Positions 16,030 through 21,694 of a DNA stretch of 21,694 nt are shown in pieces. This stretch comes from Candidatus Krumholzibacteriota bacterium (lineage in GTDB: Bacteria; Krumholzibacteriota; Krumholzibacteriia; LZORAL124-64-63), in the NCBI GenBank assembly GCA_039714075.1, contig JBDLKA010000059.1:1-21694 (forward strand), in the 5' to 3' direction. Each line of letters begins with the position of its first letter. Within the stretch, counting starts at the first letter, position 1. A program made the position numbers and the translations under genes. The notes under the pieces are model-generated. The model had not been told where the DNA came from. It saw nothing but the letters and a program-made list of their open reading frames with translations, and made no database searches.

Positions 16030-17556
16030 TCAGCCGGCCAAATCCCCGATTTCCTTTTCCACGGCCTCTAGAATCGCGCCGGACTTCACCAGTTCCTTCA
16101 TCACCGTATGGTCGGGATAAAGCGACCGGTCCTCGTCCAGGTAATCAACCTTGGTCCGGATGACCTTGCGGGCCGTGTCCACGCCCCGGCCGGGCTGGAA
16201 TTCCCGCAGGTCCAGGGCCTGGGCCGCACCCATGAATTCGATGCCGAGCACCCCGTAGGCGTTGTCGACGATCTGCTGGTTCTTCAGCGCGGTGTTCATG
16301 CCCATGGAGACGAAATCCTCCTGGTCGGCCGCCGCAGGAATGGAAGCCACCGCCGCCGGTGCGGAGAGAATGCGTTGTTCGACGATCAGCGTGTCGGCCG
16401 TGTACTGGCTGAGCATCATGCCGCTGAACATGCCGGCGCCCTTGGTCAAAAACGCGGGCAGCCCGGCGCTCAGGGCGGGGTTGAGCATGCGGTTCAGGCG
16501 GCGTTCGGACAATACGCTGATCATGGTGATCGACTGCCCGGCCATCTCCATGGGCAGCGAAACAGGAGTGCCCTGGAAATTCGCCCCCGTCTGGAAGGTG
16601 CCGGTCTCGGGGAAGAAGATGGGATTGTCGCCCACGCCGTTCAGTTCGGTCTCGACCTGGCTGCGGGCGTAGGCCACCGCGTCGTGGGCCGCGCCGATGA
16701 CCTGGGGGGTCGAGCGCATGGAGTAGGCGTCCTGTACGCGGGTCTTGACCTTGCCGGTCAAAAGGTCGCTGCCTGCGATGCACCGGCGGATGGCCGCGGC
16801 GCTGCGCATGGCGCCGGCGAAGCCCCGGACTTCGTGCAGGGGTGCCTCATAGGGCTTCATGTTGGCCCGCAGCGCTTCCAGCGACATGGCCGCCGCGATC
16901 TCGGCCTGCTTCAGCCAGCGCTCCATGTCGTACAGGTGGATGGCGCTCATGGCCGTCAGCAGGTTCGAGCCGTTGATGGTGGCCAGGCCGTCCCGCGCTT
17001 CCAGGCCGGGCACCGGAATGCCGGCCCGGTCCAGGGCCTCGCGGCCTTCGAGCAGCTCACCCTGATAATACGCCTTGCCTTCACCCAGCATCAGCAGCGC
17101 GACCTGGGACATGGGGGCCAGGTCGCCGCTGGCGCCGACCGAACCCTTCTGGCAGACGAAAGGAGTCACGCCCTTGTTGAGCATCGCCACGAGGGTCTGG
17201 GTGATTTCGGGACGGCAGCCGGAATGGCCGTGGGCGTGGACATTGACGCGGCCGGCCATGGCCCCGCGCACGTATTCGATGGGCGCCGGGTCGCCGATGC
17301 CGGCGGCGTGGTTGTAGATCAGGTATTTCTGGAACTGGCGCACCTGCTCGTCGTTCAGGACGATCTCGCTGAATTCCCCGATGCCGGTGTTGACCCCGTA
17401 CATGATATCGCCGGCGGCGATCTTCTCGTTCAGCAACGCGCGGCACCGTTTGATGCGATCCAGCGCGGCGGCGGGCAGTTCGACCTGCTTGCCGTGGCGG
17501 GCGATCGCGACCAGGTTGTCGATGGTGAGCTGGGAGCCGTCGAGGATGATGGCCAT
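16030..17556 (-). CDS. MIO-dependent aromatic amino acid ammonia-lyase (HutH/PAL/TAL family; substrate uncertain)
   Basis: YGVNTGIG; GSVGASGDLAP (Ala-Ser-Gly MIO triad at 17125-17133); INGS; QDAYSMR; DNP; DQEDFVSMG. AAGGAG RBS upstream. Confidence 0.93.
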   Translation of the reverse strand: MAIILDGSQLTIDNLVAIARHGKQVELPAAALDRIKRCRALLNEKIAAGDIMYGVNTGIGEFSEIVLNDEQVRQFQKYLIYNHAAGIGDPAPIEYVRGAMAGRVNVHAHGHSGCRPEITQTLVAMLNKGVTPFVCQKGSVGASGDLAPMSQVALLMLGEGKAYYQGELLEGREALDRAGIPVPGLEARDGLATINGSNLLTAMSAIHLYDMERWLKQAEIAAAMSLEALRANMKPYEAPLHEVRGFAGAMRSAAAIRRCIAGSDLLTGKVKTRVQDAYSMRSTPQVIGAAHDAVAYARSQVETELNGVGDNPIFFPETGTFQTGANFQGTPVSLPMEMAGQSITMISVLSERRLNRMLNPALSAGLPAFLTKGAGMFSGMMLSQYTADTLIVEQRILSAPAAVASIPAAADQEDFVSMGMNTALKNQQIVDNAYGVLGIEFMGAAQALDLREFQPGRGVDTARKVIRTKVDYLDEDRSLYPDHTVMKELVKSGAILEAVEKEIGDLAG

Positions 17557-17624
17557 GGGAGGTCTCCTTGGGTAATGCCCGGGGTCAGGAAATCACCCCG
17601 CAAGGATGCTCATTTGGCGCGCAC

Positions 17625-18676
<1,052 letters not shown>

Positions 18677-18699
18677 TTCGGGACCAACCCTGCCTGACG

Positions 18700-19605
18700 C
18701 TAACGGTCGAACTGGTATTCGGCCGTCACTCCGAAGGCCAGCAGGACGCTGGACAGGTAGCGCGGCTGTTCCAGCATCATGAAATGGCCGGTTCCCCCCA
18801 TTCTCTTGAAACTGAGGGTGCGCGCCTTGCCGAAGCCGTAGTGCTCCAGCTGGTGCTTGCTGTTGCCCTTCCCCGGAAACATCAGCTCGCTGCCGACGAC
18901 CAGCATGGGCACTGGCAGGCTGTAGAGCTTGTCGGAAACGTCGAAGTCGAAACTGCTCATGAGCAGGGAGATGAAGGTCGCGCTGTCGGTCCGCAGGGCG
19001 GTGTCGACGATGCGGTCGGTGACTTCCTTGTCCGGCGTCATGTTGAGGAACCGCGAGTAGACGAAGCGGTCGTAATCGTTGGCCAGTTCCTGTCCCACGG
19101 CGGCCTTCTGCTCCTTGCCGGCCAGCTGTTTGGGGGCGGCGTCGAGGACGATGAGCCGGTTCACGTCGGCCGGGTGGTCGATGGAGTACCTCAGGGCGAT
19201 CATCCCGCCCATCGCGTGCCCGACCAGGGTTGGGTAGACGATTCCCTGTTCCTCCAGAAATTCCCCCAGCCGCCCAGCTTCCTTTTCGATGGTCGAATCA
19301 ACGATGGGCTGGGTCTGCCCGTGGCCGGACAGTTCGAAGGTCCACACCTTGAAGGTTCCCTTCAGGTGGGGCAGGCAATCGTCCCAGATGTCGGCGTTGC
19401 CGCCCAGGCCGTGGATCAGGACCATTTCATTCTCGCCCCGGCCTTCGATGATCTTTTGAACGCTCGGGGGGGCCTGGGGCTCCTCTTCCTGAGCTATTTC
19501 CTGAGCTATTGCGGGCACGGACAAGGCCGCCGCCAGGGCCAGGACCACCAGGAAAACACCGCGCGAGGCGGTCCGGATCATTTCAAGGGCACGGCTGGTC
19601 TTCAT
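18700..19605 (-). CDS. Exported alpha/beta-hydrolase-fold protein lacking the catalytic serine
   Basis: Start at 19605 (GGAG RBS, ATGA overlap with the upstream stop), or alternatively 19581. Signal-like GVFLVVLALAAALSVPAIA-Q. Motifs VLIHGLGG, LSGHG, LVGHAMGG, GTGHFMMLEQP. Confidence 0.88.
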   Translation of the reverse strand: MKTSRALEMIRTASRGVFLVVLALAAALSVPAIAQEIAQEEEPQAPPSVQKIIEGRGENEMVLIHGLGGNADIWDDCLPHLKGTFKVWTFELSGHGQTQPIVDSTIEKEAGRLGEFLEEQGIVYPTLVGHAMGGMIALRYSIDHPADVNRLIVLDAAPKQLAGKEQKAAVGQELANDYDRFVYSRFLNMTPDKEVTDRIVDTALRTDSATFISLLMSSFDFDVSDKLYSLPVPMLVVGSELMFPGKGNSKHQLEHYGFGKARTLSFKRMGGTGHFMMLEQPRYLSSVLLAFGVTAEYQFDR

Positions 19606-20414
19606 GGGCTTTCTTCTCCAGGGTCGTGGGGAACGAAAAACACGCTGCCGTCGACGGCCTGATGAACCGGACCATCGTAATGCTTTCCCACCAGGGCGGC
19701 CAGGTCGAGCGCCGCGGCATCGGGATACTGATGGGTCAGGGCCACCTGTCCTGGCCTGGCCTCGGCGCAAAGCCGGCCCACGTCCGCAACGCACATATGA
19801 CCGGGTGTGGCCAGGTGGTCGGGGGTCGAGCATTCGACGACCAGCAGGTCGGTCCCGGCTGCAGCTTTATTCAACTCCGGACAGGGACCGGTGTCCCCGG
19901 AAAAAACCGCGGTGCCCCCTGCGGCGTCACTGAAGCGGTAACCCAGGCAGATCCGGGACAGCCGGTCCTGATCGTGGTTGACCGCGAATGGCCTTACCGA
20001 ACCTCCGTCCGGCAAGGGCACCGTCACGCCGGGGCCTATCTCCGTGACTTCCAGCGCCCGCAGCCGCGGTTCCAGCCAGGTGCCGTAGATTTCCCGCAGT
20101 TTCTCGAGATAGGCGGCCAGGCCCGGCGGTCCGAAAAGCCGCACCGGGTCTGTCCGCACCGGCACCGGGGAGTGAAGCGCAAACAACAGGGGCACCAGAT
20201 CGGCGCAATGGTCGGGGTGCAGGTGCGTGAAAAACACCCGGTCGATATCGTCGACTCCCCGGGGCGCCTGACCTGACTGGACCAGACGCACCAAGGCTCC
20301 GGGACCGGGGTCCATCAAAACGGAATGGCCGTCCACCGTCACCCAATAGGCCGGGGGATTGTGGGTGGGCGTGGGTAAAGCGCCGCCGGCGCCCAGGATG
20401 TGAAATCTGATCAT
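19602..20414 (-). CDS. Metallo-beta-lactamase-fold hydrolase (RNase Z/BN-like)
   Basis: Probable start MIRFHILGAGG at 20414 (the ORF-track extension to 20807 overlaps the methyltransferase). Motifs LMDPGPG, THLHPDH (HxHxDH), VNH, FSGDT, VECS, GH, LTH. Confidence 0.9.
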   Translation of the reverse strand: MIRFHILGAGGALPTPTHNPPAYWVTVDGHSVLMDPGPGALVRLVQSGQAPRGVDDIDRVFFTHLHPDHCADLVPLLFALHSPVPVRTDPVRLFGPPGLAAYLEKLREIYGTWLEPRLRALEVTEIGPGVTVPLPDGGSVRPFAVNHDQDRLSRICLGYRFSDAAGGTAVFSGDTGPCPELNKAAAGTDLLVVECSTPDHLATPGHMCVADVGRLCAEARPGQVALTHQYPDAAALDLAALVGKHYDGPVHQAVDGSVFFVPHDPGEESP

Positions 20415-20523
20415 GCCTATAAAGGAAGGGACCGAAGCGGTTCCGTCAAGGTGGTTCCCCAACCTGATTATTCGGGTTATGGTGACTGATGGCTGAACCC
20501 TGGACCGGCAAAGGAGACTGATC

Positions 20524-21501
20524 ATGGAGTGGGGCGAACGCATCGATGCCATGGCGGCGGGATACCGTAATTCCTGCATTCTGGTCGCCGCGGTGAAAAC
20601 GGGGATTTTCGAGGCCCTGGGCGACGAGGAACGGACCGCGGCCGAAGTCGCCGCCCACCTGGACCTCAACGCCCGCGCGGTGGACGTGGTTATGTGCGCC
20701 CTGGCCGCGGCCGAGGTCCTGCTTGCCAGGGGCGACCGGTTCGCCATCGATCCGGGCGCGCGGCCGTACCTTCTGGCCGACAGCCCCGAGACCCTGGTCA
20801 GCATCATCGGTCACAACAAATCGATGCTGAAAAGCTGGGTGCAGTTGGAGGAGGTCCTGCGGACCGGTGCGCCCGCGCCCCGCGCCGAGAGGACTGCCGA
20901 GGAGATGGAGGACTTCATCCGGGGCATGGAAAACGTGTCGCGGCGCACCAGCAGCGAAGTGGCGGACCAGGTTGATTTGAGCGGCGCCGTCCGGCTGCTG
21001 GACCTGGGCGGCGGCCCGGGGACGGCGGCCCTGACCTTCGCCCGGGCCAACAGCGGTCTGGAGTGCGTGGTCTATGACCTGGAAGGACCCCTGGGGATCG
21101 CTTGCCAGCAGATCCGGCAGGCGGGACTGGAGGACCGGGTCACGACCCGGGCGGGGGATTTTCTGGTCGACGACCTCCCGGAGGGGTTCGACGTGGTCTA
21201 CATTTCCAACATCATCCACATGCTCCGCCCGGATGAAACCCGGATGCTGCTGGCCAAGGCACACCGGGCCCTGGTACCCGGCGGGCGCATATTGGTAAAG
21301 GACTTCTTCCTCGAGGATTCGCGCATCGCCCCCCCGTGGACGGCCCAGTTCAGCGTGAACATGCTGGTGAACACCAAAGGCGGAAAATCCTATACTTTCA
21401 CCGAAATGGAGGATTTGCTGGCCCAAACGGGGTATATTGACCTGGAATCATTCGCCGTCGCGGCCAACAGCCGGGTCATTGTCGGTTACCGGGAATCCTG
21501 A
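20524..21501 (+). CDS. SAM-dependent O-methyltransferase (Methyltransf_2-like with an N-terminal dimerisation domain)
   Basis: AAAGGAG RBS. N-terminal AAVKTGIFEAL...TAAEVA. Motifs LLDLGGGPG, YDL, AGDFL, SNIIH, ALVPGGRILVKD. Confidence 0.92.
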   Translation: MEWGERIDAMAAGYRNSCILVAAVKTGIFEALGDEERTAAEVAAHLDLNARAVDVVMCALAAAEVLLARGDRFAIDPGARPYLLADSPETLVSIIGHNKSMLKSWVQLEEVLRTGAPAPRAERTAEEMEDFIRGMENVSRRTSSEVADQVDLSGAVRLLDLGGGPGTAALTFARANSGLECVVYDLEGPLGIACQQIRQAGLEDRVTTRAGDFLVDDLPEGFDVVYISNIIHMLRPDETRMLLAKAHRALVPGGRILVKDFFLEDSRIAPPWTAQFSVNMLVNTKGGKSYTFTEMEDLLAQTGYIDLESFAVAANSRVIVGYRES

Positions 21502-21546
21502 GCCGGTTTCCGTTGTATAAATGAGATATACCTAAATGCCGGCCGC

Positions 21547-21568
21547 GGGGCCGGCGCGGCCCGGCCCC
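21547..21568. other. GC-rich hairpin downstream of the methyltransferase (possible terminator or stabiliser)
   Basis: GGGGCCGG-CGCGGC-CCGGCCCC, an 8-bp perfect stem with no U-tract. Confidence 0.35.
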
Positions 21569-21570
21569 AC

Positions 21571-21599
21571 TGGACAGGAAAGGCCCCTCTCCCTATCAT
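21571..21599 (+). promoter_or_regulatory. Putative sigma70-type promoter for the gene beginning at the right edge
   Basis: TGGACA-N17-TATCAT, a 5/6 match at each hexamer. Confidence 0.6.
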
Positions 21600-21669
21600 G
21601 GGGCCGATTTCAAGGGATAAAATTCCAGACAAATGGAGATTCGGCCGGACCGGATCCAGGAAGGTGACC

Positions 21670-21694
21670 ATGGACATCCGCACATCATCCCTTT
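21670..21694 (+). CDS. Probable start of a gene truncated by the window edge (MDIRTSSL...)
   Basis: AGGAAGGTG RBS just before ATG 21670, with a promoter-like element upstream. Only 8 codons are visible. Confidence 0.4.

Noticed and set aside
17581..17610. CsrA-like GCA-AGGA-TGC hairpin in the lyase/gmd spacer
   Set aside because: It is on the plus strand upstream of the likely gmd promoter and antisense to the lyase leader, so probably not transcribed in the GGA orientation. The stem is only 3 bp.

Overview
GC-rich bacterial chromosomal window with 15 well-supported CDS plus a possible gene start at the right edge. The Bacteroidota-type metF hints at an FCB-related lineage (inference only). 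In order: a partial secreted VPS10/BNR beta-propeller protein (-), a small secreted WxxGxW-repeat protein with a terminator, a CE4 polysaccharide deacetylase and a Bax-like GH73 glucosaminidase, metH-metF, a pseudo-REC/degenerate-GGDEF/EAL protein, a three-gene module (signal-peptide TPR-CHAT caspase-like protease, ECF sigma factor, membrane anti-sigma-like protein with a DUF4384-like domain), an orphan MIO ammonia-lyase (-), an orphan gmd, a coupled pair of MBL-fold hydrolase and Ser-to-Ala alpha/beta pseudo-hydrolase (-), and an O-methyltransferase. I saw no rRNA, tRNA, CRISPR array or mobile element. The best candidate for a poorly described system is the exported TPR-CHAT / ECF sigma / anti-sigma trio at 11170-16021.
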